Assembly (NCBI GenBank): GCA_964426185.1
Contig: CAYRPF010000046.1
Coordinates: forward strand, 1-24,448
DNA: 24,448 bases
Source: an uncultured archaeon
Lineage (GTDB): Archaea > Asgardarchaeota > Lokiarchaeia > Sigyniarchaeales > Promethearchaeaceae
Direction: 5' to 3'
This document shows positions 16,901 to 24,448 of this stretch, one piece after another. The notes beneath the pieces were generated by a model. It ran no database searches. It was not told the origin of the DNA and saw nothing but the letters and a program-made list of their open reading frames with translations. How positions within the stretch are numbered: the stretch's first letter is position 1; every line of letters begins with the position of its first letter. The translations under genes and the position numbers were made by a program.

Positions 16901-18241
16901 ATGGGAAATGAAATTGAAAAACAAGCAAAAAACCTCAATAAAATGGGGGATAAAATGTTTAAACAGAAGCAATATGCCGATGCTATTAAATATTATATAG
17001 AATCTGTAAAGCTTATGAAATCGGTAGGAAATATTAAAATGGCCGAGAAATACCGAAAAGAATTGGACACTGCTATAGGAAAACAAGCCGAACAATTGAA
17101 TAAAAAAGGAGATCAAGCGCTCAAAGAAAAAAAATATGAACAAGCAATAAAGATTTACGAGAATGCTTGGAATATGCTCAAAAAGGCAGGAGAAAAATGG
17201 ATTAAAAAGAAAGGATCTGAATTCCAAAAAGAATTACTGAAAAGCAAGAGACTTTATGTTGATGAAATTTTGAAACCTGCCGCAGAATCTGCAGTAAAAG
17301 ACCAGAACTGGGAAGAAGCAGTTAAGAAATACAAAGAGATATTGAAATTAATCCCCATTAGTTTAGATGAAAAGAAAAATAAAAAACTCGTGCATGATCT
17401 TGCTACTGTTTATGAACGATGGGCCGATGAAATTAATACACAAGGTGACGCGCTCTATAAAGCAAAAAATTATGAAAAAGCTATCGAAACTTATAGTGAA
17501 GCGGTTAGATTGATTGATTTATCTGATAATGAAAAGAAAAAGAAAAATTACAAAACTGAATTGAAGAAAGCATTTCAAGAACATGCCCAAGAGGTAAATA
17601 ATATTGGAGATCGTTTACGGAAAGAAAAGAATTTTGCTCAAGCGGCCGAGTTATATGCACAAAGTGTAAAAATTGCCAAAGAAGCTGAAGATCAAAAATT
17701 AATCGATCGATTTAGTAAAGAGATGTTTAAAGCATATGCTGAGTATGCAAAAGAAATTAATAAACAGGGAGATCAACTCTTCAAAGATAAAAAATGGGAA
17801 GAGGCTGCTGATCTTTATGAAAAATCAGTTCAAGTCGCCCGAGACTCCAATGATAGTAAATTAATAAAAAATTTCACTAAAGAATATGAAAAAGCTTTGG
17901 AAAAGTGGGCAAGAGGAGTAAATGCTGCTGGAGATACCGCTATGAAAGAAAAACGCTACGATGAAGCCATGAAATATTATCAAGAATCCGTTTCAATCAT
18001 CAGTCGAACAGAAAACAAAAGTTTGATCAAGAATTTTACCAATGAATATCATAAAGCTTGCGTTAAATTGGCAGATGAGATTAATAAAAGCGGAGATGAT
18101 GCCTATAAAGCAGGAGATTATGAAAATGCATTTAAACTATATGAAAAATCTGTTAAATTAGCAGAAATTGCCCAAGATGAAGGACGGATGAAGAAATATA
18201 TTAAGGAACGTAATAAAGCGCTCCAACGATTGGAATCTTAG
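16901..18241 (+). CDS. Alpha-helical repeat protein (TPR/MIT-like, 8 repeats of about 54 aa)
   Basis: Repeated AxxxNxxGDxxxKxxxY/WxxAxxxYxxSV unit. ATG 16901 lies 6 nt after a GGAGTG RBS, so it is preferred over GTG 16892. Confidence 0.85.
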   Translation: MGNEIEKQAKNLNKMGDKMFKQKQYADAIKYYIESVKLMKSVGNIKMAEKYRKELDTAIGKQAEQLNKKGDQALKEKKYEQAIKIYENAWNMLKKAGEKWIKKKGSEFQKELLKSKRLYVDEILKPAAESAVKDQNWEEAVKKYKEILKLIPISLDEKKNKKLVHDLATVYERWADEINTQGDALYKAKNYEKAIETYSEAVRLIDLSDNEKKKKNYKTELKKAFQEHAQEVNNIGDRLRKEKNFAQAAELYAQSVKIAKEAEDQKLIDRFSKEMFKAYAEYAKEINKQGDQLFKDKKWEEAADLYEKSVQVARDSNDSKLIKNFTKEYEKALEKWARGVNAAGDTAMKEKRYDEAMKYYQESVSIISRTENKSLIKNFTNEYHKACVKLADEINKSGDDAYKAGDYENAFKLYEKSVKLAEIAQDEGRMKKYIKERNKALQRLES

Positions 18242-18317
18242 TAAAATTTCTTTTTTTACATTATTTTCAAAAATATAAGAAAAGCCTTTTTTAACCTTAA
18301 CGATTCAAAGTAATATT

Positions 18318-18761
18318 ATGAGTAAGCGTTTTTCTAATAAATCCACTCATTTTGTACGGAAAGTTAAATTTCTCCCCATTTATATTCCTCCTAAACATCT
18401 CAATATCAATTCACAGCAAAAGCTCGAGGAATTTTTTCAAAAAACCTTATCATCATTCTTTTCTTGGAAGATTATTACTTCCCTTGAAAATCTCCGACAA
18501 ATTATCATTACACACCAATGTTCATCTATTTTAATTCATAATGCAATTTCTAAGGAAAAATTTGTCGAATTGCATTCATTTTTGAAGAATTTGCCCGTTC
18601 ACCTTAACCTATTTCTACTAACAGAGAGAGTTTCTTCAGATGAAGTTTCTTATTATTTGCATCATGGGATAAATGGAGCGATTAATTTCCCATTCAAAGC
18701 AAAAGATCTAGATTTGCTCTTCCACACTCATATTCATAATTGTATTTATGAAATTGATTGA
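18318..18761 (+). CDS. Degenerate CheY-like receiver-fold protein (pseudo-receiver)
   Basis: LFLLTE...YYLHHGINGAINFPFKAKDL resembles the receiver beta4-alpha4-beta5 region. The phospho-Asp position reads SSILIH and the conserved Lys-Pro reads FP. Confidence 0.55.
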   Translation: MSKRFSNKSTHFVRKVKFLPIYIPPKHLNINSQQKLEEFFQKTLSSFFSWKIITSLENLRQIIITHQCSSILIHNAISKEKFVELHSFLKNLPVHLNLFLLTERVSSDEVSYYLHHGINGAINFPFKAKDLDLLFHTHIHNCIYEID

Positions 18762-18820
18762 AATAAAAAAAATTGCATCTTGTTAGCTTTAACTTGAATT
18801 CTATGAGAAATAGTCGAAAT

Positions 18821-20182
18821 CTATGGAATTTCATTTAATTTATTGTATCTTCTCCAGTATAATCTCAGTTTATGGTTAAATGGATCAAAAGGATATTTAG
18901 ATATCTCTTGTTCCCAATGTGAAAGTAATTTCTCAACTTGATGGTAATGCTTATTAATAATTTCTTGCGGGAGCGGTTCTTCTCTTGGAAATATGCTTTT
19001 TATCTCTTCTAACATCGAATTTTCATATTCTTTTATTGAAGTTGCGATAGGAGGATGCATTGCTTGGTATTTTAAAACAACTTGTCGATGAATTTTTTCA
19101 GACCGCCACCAAAAATTCTCGGGGGAAAATTCTGCTTTACCAGTATGAGCCGTATATTTAGTAGGAAGGCCTTCATTGCCTATACAGATTGGGAAATACG
19201 GGGAAATACATGGATTTGAAGCACCCGTCGATAATATAAGGGGATGACCATGATACATTTCAACTACTAATGAATTCACGGATTGTGATGTCCTTGTAAG
19301 ATTATTGGTAGCATGTGCACAAACCGTCATTCTCAATCCTTTCATTGGTCGCCACGAATTAGAAGTATTCCTTTGGATTTCATGATGTGATCGAAGAATA
19401 GACATCATATCTTGGATGGTTAATTCTCCTTTACGTGAAAATAATTCATGGCGAGTATGCTGTTCCCGTCCTTTAGCTTGAGCCCCCCAAGTAATTATTT
19501 TATCTGAATAGCATTTTGAGAAGTTAAAATCCGACTCCGAATGGCACCATCCTTTTTGAATTGCAAATTCTATTAAATTTTCAGAACGTTGGTCCAAGTC
19601 TTTTTCTAATGAAATTTTATTTGAAATAGACCACACATTTTCGATTTTTTTCCAAGCCCATTCCTTTCCGACCGTTTCTAATACATAGGCATCTTGAGAA
19701 TCTCCAATAAGAAAGCCATTCATGTAATAAAGCTTATGCCGATATCCACACATTCCTCCTTGTCCGAATTTTTCTAACAAACGAATAATTACCTGGACTG
19801 CTTCTAAAGCAGAATTACTCATTTCTAAAGCTAATCTTAGCAAATCCATTCCAGTTAATCCCGATTCGGCAGGTTTGACTTTCGTCATTAATGCCTCATT
19901 TCCTATTACTACTCCCTTATCATTTATTCCCATTTCTCCACCGAACATCCAAAAAGGTTGGGAAAGTAGCACTCCATTGGTTTGCAATTGTTCATTTTCC
20001 TGAATAAGATTGTTCATAGGAATGGATATATAAGTACATTTAATTTCTTGTTCTGGAATGATTTCTCGAGGGGGATAGTATACCAGATTTTGCACTTCAT
20101 CTGGTTCACGATCGGAATTTTTTCCGAACAAAAGACGTCCGTTTTTAGTTGCACTTGGTGTGGCAATAATTGTATCACACAT
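18821..20182 (-). CDS. Peptidase C69 / secernin-like Ntn-hydrolase
   Basis: MCDT with N-terminal Cys nucleophile, GKNSDREPDEVQ, WMFGGEMGINDKGVVIGNEA, GMDLLRLALE, YVLET and ISN. Start set at MCDT (20182). Confidence 0.92.
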   Translation of the reverse strand: MCDTIIATPSATKNGRLLFGKNSDREPDEVQNLVYYPPREIIPEQEIKCTYISIPMNNLIQENEQLQTNGVLLSQPFWMFGGEMGINDKGVVIGNEALMTKVKPAESGLTGMDLLRLALEMSNSALEAVQVIIRLLEKFGQGGMCGYRHKLYYMNGFLIGDSQDAYVLETVGKEWAWKKIENVWSISNKISLEKDLDQRSENLIEFAIQKGWCHSESDFNFSKCYSDKIITWGAQAKGREQHTRHELFSRKGELTIQDMMSILRSHHEIQRNTSNSWRPMKGLRMTVCAHATNNLTRTSQSVNSLVVEMYHGHPLILSTGASNPCISPYFPICIGNEGLPTKYTAHTGKAEFSPENFWWRSEKIHRQVVLKYQAMHPPIATSIKEYENSMLEEIKSIFPREEPLPQEIINKHYHQVEKLLSHWEQEISKYPFDPFNHKLRLYWRRYNKLNEIP

Positions 20183-20252
20183 TTTATTTTTCCTCAATTA
20201 ACTTATTGTTGAATTAAAAAAATTTTGAAATTTGTTCTCAAATACCGTATTC

Positions 20253-20693
20253 TTAATAGATCTTTGAGCATTCCTTATCTATTTCGGTGAGACTTTCCCG
20301 AAAATCAGACCACCATATTTCTCCTCTTTGTGCGGTCAACATACTGTCCAATTTTCGACTGTTCAAGCAGAATATTTCATCTTTAAGTTTTTTGACTTTT
20401 TCCGCCCATAATAGAGAGTAAACTTGGCTTTTTGAAACTTTCGACTTTTTTTCCCGCATTTCCCAATCCCAATCGGGATGTTTGTTGCCTAATTTTTCCA
20501 TTTGTTCTGCTTTTTTCTTTTCTGCTGCTGCTGAAATTTCTTTACAATCTAGCGAAATTTGGAAAGGTTGATTTTTACCATACTTGCATTTCCCTTGATA
20601 TTCACATGGAACGCAGTATTCTTGGAAGGAAATAATAAATTCTTCTAACCCTGTGATGTTATAGCTTAACTTCCCCATTTTCTTAATGTACAT
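20253..20693 (-). CDS. Hypothetical protein with CxxC-x5-C-x13-C cluster
   Basis: Protein-like composition from M47/M52 of the listed ORF (ATG 20693 or 20678). The longer 5' extension overlaps TraB and is probably spurious. Confidence 0.6.
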   Translation of the reverse strand: MYIKKMGKLSYNITGLEEFIISFQEYCVPCEYQGKCKYGKNQPFQISLDCKEISAAAEKKKAEQMEKLGNKHPDWDWEMREKKSKVSKSQVYSLLWAEKVKKLKDEIFCLNSRKLDSMLTAQRGEIWWSDFRESLTEIDKECSKIY

Positions 20694-20749
20694 TACATCA
20701 ATGCTATTATTATAATTTTTGATTTGAAGAATTATGTGAAAAATCTTAA

Positions 20750-21682
20750 TTAAGCTGATTTGAGCAAATTTATTATTCCTGGAACGTGAAATGCACCACA
20801 GATAACTAAAATTCGGTGTTTGGGAAAACATTTATGATATTTCTTAATCTGTTTTGCCATATTTACATTTCTATCATCTATCAATGCTTTTGACAGCTGA
20901 GGGAATTCTGAAGAAAACTCTGACAATAATTTGCATAATTCTTTTTCATCTTCTAATAATGTAAAAAGATCTTTTAGCTCATCTATAGAATTTGGAATTT
21001 GTTCTTCTTTAATGGCATTAACTAACAAATTAGATTCAGAAGAAGCTGTTGTTGTAGAAGTAGAATGCGAGATTTGCTCTATGATTTCAGAGATAGAGAG
21101 ATCGATACATTTTAAAGGAATTCTTCGCTCTTGAACTACATCCACGGCAGTTAAAAGTTCTTCACCAGGGATTATTTGCAAAATTTGGCCAAATTGACTT
21201 TGAATTTGCTCAAATAAGCTGAAAAATTCATTTGAAGGTAATTCGGATGCATTATGGTTGATTTCTTCCCGATTAGGGCGATCACCAGATAGATTGGCAT
21301 CATCATTATTACTCGTTGGAAAATCTTCGGCTTTATTGCTGGATTCCTCGAATTCAAGTTCTAATTGAGTGGGAATTCCTGGGGAAGTATTATCGAAAAA
21401 TCGATCGAAGTTATTGTCAGATGCACATTCGCCCTTATTTGTGGTAATTAAATTCATGGCATTTGATTGGTTGGTATTGGAATGACTTTTTGCTTGATTT
21501 TTTGTTTTTTTGCGTTTCTCTTTTAGTAATTTCAGTCGTTCTTCATCAATTTCTATCATCACAACATCCGGCATTATCTTTGTGATAGTATATTCCACAG
21601 TTTCGCGACTGGAATGAGCTAAATGATTAGTTCCCAAAATATATATAATCTCTTCGATATTCCTTAGTTTGTTAACTGCCAT
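20750..21682 (-). CDS. TraB/GumN (TIKI-like) family protein with a low-complexity insertion
   Basis: ILGTNH, PDVVMIEID..R, PGEE, CID, DDRN..MA and GAFHVPG. Confidence 0.85.
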   Translation of the reverse strand: MAVNKLRNIEEIIYILGTNHLAHSSRETVEYTITKIMPDVVMIEIDEERLKLLKEKRKKTKNQAKSHSNTNQSNAMNLITTNKGECASDNNFDRFFDNTSPGIPTQLELEFEESSNKAEDFPTSNNDDANLSGDRPNREEINHNASELPSNEFFSLFEQIQSQFGQILQIIPGEELLTAVDVVQERRIPLKCIDLSISEIIEQISHSTSTTTASSESNLLVNAIKEEQIPNSIDELKDLFTLLEDEKELCKLLSEFSSEFPQLSKALIDDRNVNMAKQIKKYHKCFPKHRILVICGAFHVPGIINLLKSA

Positions 21683-21855
21683 CCTAATAATTCCTTTATG
21701 ATGTTGTTTTTTAATAGCATCATTATTTTAATTGATATCTCTATTTCTTTAATATCTTTATTTCTACCTTCATACGAATTCAAATATCTCTTATTGAATA
21801 CGAAAAAGGGAGCCAAAAAAAGAATATTTTACCGATTTGATTAAAAATAATCGTT

Positions 21856-22479
21856 TCACACCCGATTAAGCACCAAATCCAAAATCATACGGGCTACATT
21901 ATCATTATAATCTTCAAAGCCTTCCTTTTCAATAGCACAAGTTTGGAAAAACTCTTTCACTGTAATTCTTCGTTTCTTAAAATATTCAGTGATTTGTTCT
22001 TTAAAATCCTCAATCTTAGCCTTCTTCTCATCTTCCGTGCCTTCCATCAAATCATACTTATTTAAACAGATATAAATCGTCTTGGGCATATAGCGAATCA
22101 GATCATATAGTTTAAATTGCTCTTTTAAGGGTTGATCCAAAGCAAACAAGCCGATAATTTGACGTGCAATGCGGGAAATGGTGATTATTCCCATACGGAT
22201 TACTGCTCGATCTCGATCGCCTCCAGGTGCAAATAAAGTATGAGATGTGCCTGTCTTCTCTTCAACAAAAACAACTTTATTCGGAGTGATGGTCTTGGTA
22301 AATCCCTCTCCATCTTCCACTTCTATGGCACTTTCTCCTTTAAAATCTTGTTTCTCTATTCGACAGTCTACGCCGCCTTTAATTTTACCAATTTTTGCTT
22401 TTTCTACGTAATCAACAAACATTTGCAACACGGTGGTCTTTCCAACGTTCATTGCACCCATTAATCCTAGAATTGCCAT
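21856..22479 (-). CDS. Small P-loop GTPase, MglA/Arf-like with atypical G3
   Basis: G1 GAMNVGKTT, G2 KTITP, G3 FAPGG, G4 NKYD, G5 TCAI. GAGGT RBS upstream. Confidence 0.85.
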   Translation of the reverse strand: MAILGLMGAMNVGKTTVLQMFVDYVEKAKIGKIKGGVDCRIEKQDFKGESAIEVEDGEGFTKTITPNKVVFVEEKTGTSHTLFAPGGDRDRAVIRMGIITISRIARQIIGLFALDQPLKEQFKLYDLIRYMPKTIYICLNKYDLMEGTEDEKKAKIEDFKEQITEYFKKRRITVKEFFQTCAIEKEGFEDYNDNVARMILDLVLNRV

Positions 22480-22771
22480 TCTTCTACCTCATATGTACTG
22501 TTTAACACAGTTGGATTTATTTATATACCTATGTGAATCTATTATTTCGCGTGTTTAATATTTTGCCTTGTGAAGAAAAAACAATCATATTCTATTAAAA
22601 TCTCACAAAATTGCTCTTTGATATAATTGACTATCCAAATGAGATATTTAAGAGAATATTAACTATTAATTTCTGAGGTATTGTAGATTTGGAGAATGTT
22701 GAATAAAAGAGTTTCTTTTGAAGATTGGGGATGGATTATTTCCCTTGACTTCCCAGAAGCCCCAGAATATC

Positions 22772-23113
22772 TTAGTTGATTTCAAAAATTGTTTCAAAGG
22801 TTTGACGAATTATTTGTAGATTTTTCTTAATTTTTAGATCCGACCACAGATTTTCCTTCATACAGCTTTTAAAATGGCCTATAATCTTATTAATTTCATG
22901 GCTTCGCTGTTCAGGATGAGTTTTTAGCAGATCGTGCAATTTAATCCCTTTTTGCTTTTCCCAATTTTCAATGGCGGTAATCCCTAAATCATTCACGGCA
23001 GCACGGCATAAATTTCCCTCTTTGCTAAGAATTTCAACCATTTTTTGAAAGGCTACAATCTTATCCGGATTTGAGGCAATGAAAGAGTTAATCTCATTCA
23101 ATTGATTTATCAC
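22772..23113 (-). CDS. Hypothetical protein
   Basis: 113-aa ORF with helical composition. AGGAGTGA RBS-like sequence around the start; the true start may be TTG at 23101. Confidence 0.55.
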   Translation of the reverse strand: MINQLNEINSFIASNPDKIVAFQKMVEILSKEGNLCRAAVNDLGITAIENWEKQKGIKLHDLLKTHPEQRSHEINKIIGHFKSCMKENLWSDLKIKKNLQIIRQTFETIFEIN

Positions 23114-23263
23114 TCCTATTTTTTTCTGAAGTTTTTTCCTATCATCTTTAAGTCACTTCAACAACATAAATGTGTCGAATATTGTCTTTAAAAAAAATGT
23201 GTGGAAATCATTGGTGGAAATTTTGTAGGATGTGATCAAAGAAGTTCAAAACTACAAGATTTT

Positions 23264-23330
23264 AAAGTTGCCCAAACTCATAAAATCCCGTTTTCGGGGG
23301 CTTAGCCTGATTGAGCGCTGTCCTGATATT
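23264..23330 (+). pseudogene. Decayed copy of the tRNA-Ile promoter/leader and 5' exon
   Basis: Aligns to 23551-23622 at 56/67 identities with a 5-nt deletion in the acceptor strand (CCCGTTTTCGGG...GCTTAGCCTG..GAGCGCTG.CCTGATATT). No T-arm or 3' acceptor strand follows. Confidence 0.8.
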
Positions 23331-23557
23331 TGATCTTTTATTGTCCTTTTTGATAGCGATTTTGAATACTCTCTATAATCGTAAATCATTTTTAAAAACT
23401 GGTTAATGAATTATTCATCTTTACTCTGGTTTTCGGGGTTCCTTTTAAAGTTTGTGGCACTTCCGTTGGGTTTATGCCCGAATTCGTTACCTTTTTATTA
23501 AATCCCATATGTATTTCATTTGTCGTTGAGTTAAACATCTTTGAAAAATCAAAGTCG

Positions 23558-23563
23558 TTTAAA
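23558..23563 (+). promoter_or_regulatory. Probable archaeal TATA box of the tRNA-Ile gene
   Basis: TTTAAA lies 20-25 nt upstream of tRNA position 1, preceded by an A-rich BRE-like stretch. Confidence 0.45.
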
Positions 23564-23582
23564 CTCATGGAAACCCGTTTTC

Positions 23583-23688
23583 GGGAGATTAGCTTAGCCT
23601 GGTCGAGCGCTGCCCTGATATTAATCACTCTTTCTTGTGATTGGGAGCAAGGCAGAGGTCGGGAGTTCGAAGCTCCCATCTCCCACCA
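23583..23688 (+). tRNA. tRNA-Ile(GAT) with a 29-nt intron at position 37/38 (23621-23649) and encoded CCA
   Basis: Acceptor GGGAGAT/ATCTCCC, D-stem GCTT/GAGC, anticodon stem CTGCC/GGCAG with loop CT-GAT-A|A, variable AGGTC, T-arm GGGAG-TTCGAAG-CTCCC, discriminator A, CCA at 23686-23688. Confidence 0.93.
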
Positions 23689-23760
23689 CTATTTCTTGTA
23701 GCCAAATAATGTAATTTCTGGATATAGAATATTTTTAGAACTAGCGTTCTTAATTGAAGT

Positions 23761-24249
23761 ATGAGTTCTCCCTCAGATGCAGCTCCAGCCAACCAAGTGG
23801 AAAAAACGGCGAGTGAGCCCTCCAAAAAAAAGACAAAGAAAAATAAGAAGAAAAAACTGCGTGGCTTTCCTTCCATCATTTAGAACCAAGTAAAGATTCT
23901 CAATGATTCAGAAGAGTTTACTGAAAAATTTGGTGATGTCTCCCTAAATTTACTTATTATTGCGACAGATGACCGCAGAGCTGCCATTGTCCGTATTGAT
24001 GGCGGAAATATCAGCGTTGACCAAGTTAAGACGAAAGCAGAAGAGATCCAGCTCGTCAAGAAGCAGATTAAGGCTCGGATCACGACGGACACGGCGACAT
24101 TCTTGGGTCTAGCCATTGGTAAAGTTGATCCGGTTGAGGTAATATTTAAAGGTAAACCGAAACTCAAACGAATAAAAAAGGTCCTCTTGTTTACAAAAAT
24201 CTTCCCGATTATCAAGCAGGAGCTCAAGCAAAATAAGGTCGTCGAATAA
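23761..24249 (+). pseudogene. SCP2 sterol-carrier-like ORF interrupted by an in-frame TAG at codon 41 (23881-23883)
   Basis: Manual translation: MSSPSD...KKKKLRGFPSII*NQVKILNDSEEFTEKFGDVSLNLLIIATDDRRAAIVRIDGGNISV...ARITTDTATFLGLAIGKVDPVEVIFKGKPKLKRIKKV...*. The C-terminal I.TD..TF..L..GK.DP......GK pattern is SCP2-like. Confidence 0.7.
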
Positions 24250-24421
24250 AAGTGGACTCTCTCGGCCGCTGTTTAAGAGCTTTTTGCGCCATCGTCAAAC
24301 GGCCGTATATGGGCCGTAAAATCAGTGTCTTCAGGCTCTTTCCAGAATTGGGCGCCCAAAAAAGTAACGAAATTAGAATTTTTGGAAAAAAAAACAAAAA
24401 CGATTAAAAAAATTTTAGCCT

Positions 24422-24438
24422 GAGGGGTAGTGCCCCTC
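24422..24438. terminator. GC-rich hairpin, possibly a terminator or processing stem
   Basis: GAGGGG-TAGTG-CCCCTC inverted repeat. On the - strand it is followed after a few nt by a T7 tract. Confidence 0.35.
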
Positions 24439-24448
24439 TTTAGAGATA

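Noticed and set aside
358-22464. Numerous short antisense or nested ORFs (e.g. 358-570, 818-1042, 3458-3817, 4436-4684, 9604-9852, 16895-17227, 20931-21134, 22240-22464)
   Set aside because: They lie wholly or largely within well-supported genes and have F/I/L/S-rich shadow composition.
23428-23440. Third echo of the tRNA leader (GGTTTTCGGGG)
   Set aside because: Only about 9 nt match with no flanking similarity; compatible with chance.
23392-23879. ORFs 23392-23679, 23474-23701 and 23625-23879
   Set aside because: They overlap the tRNA-Ile gene or the SCP2-like ORF and have no recognisable protein features.
23880-24227. 115-aa minus-strand ORF
   Set aside because: It is the in-register antisense shadow of the + strand SCP2-like frame and has no motifs of its own.
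1-24448. CRISPR array, rRNA, transposase or integrase genes
   Set aside because: No regularly spaced direct repeats, rRNA-like conserved blocks or recombinase motifs were seen.

Overview
AT-rich archaeal window. The gene content is most consistent with an Asgard archaeon of the Lokiarchaeia type (inference from archaeosine TGT, Trm5, AK6/Fap7, an intron-containing tRNA, an MglA-like GTPase and eukaryote-like PPP phosphatases). From left to right it holds: (1) the 3' end (domains V-VI) of a probable group II intron at 1-54; (2) a tRNA-modification cluster (trm5, DUF371, tgtA); (3) a nine-gene, co-oriented Ser/Thr phospho-signalling locus (vWA, four Zn-ribbon/FHA or FHA-like proteins, a Hanks kinase with an FHA-like tail, PP2C and two PPP phosphatases), with recurring T-x-x-I candidate FHA-docking motifs; (4) gamma-carbonic anhydrase, AK6, a membrane protein, a 54-aa helical repeat protein, a pseudo-receiver, a C69 peptidase, TraB/GumN and a small GTPase; (5) an intron-containing tRNA-Ile(GAT) with a decayed 5'-half copy upstream, followed by a more GC-rich SCP2-like ORF interrupted by an in-frame TAG that the ORF track misses. 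All family calls come from motifs read by eye; no database search was run.
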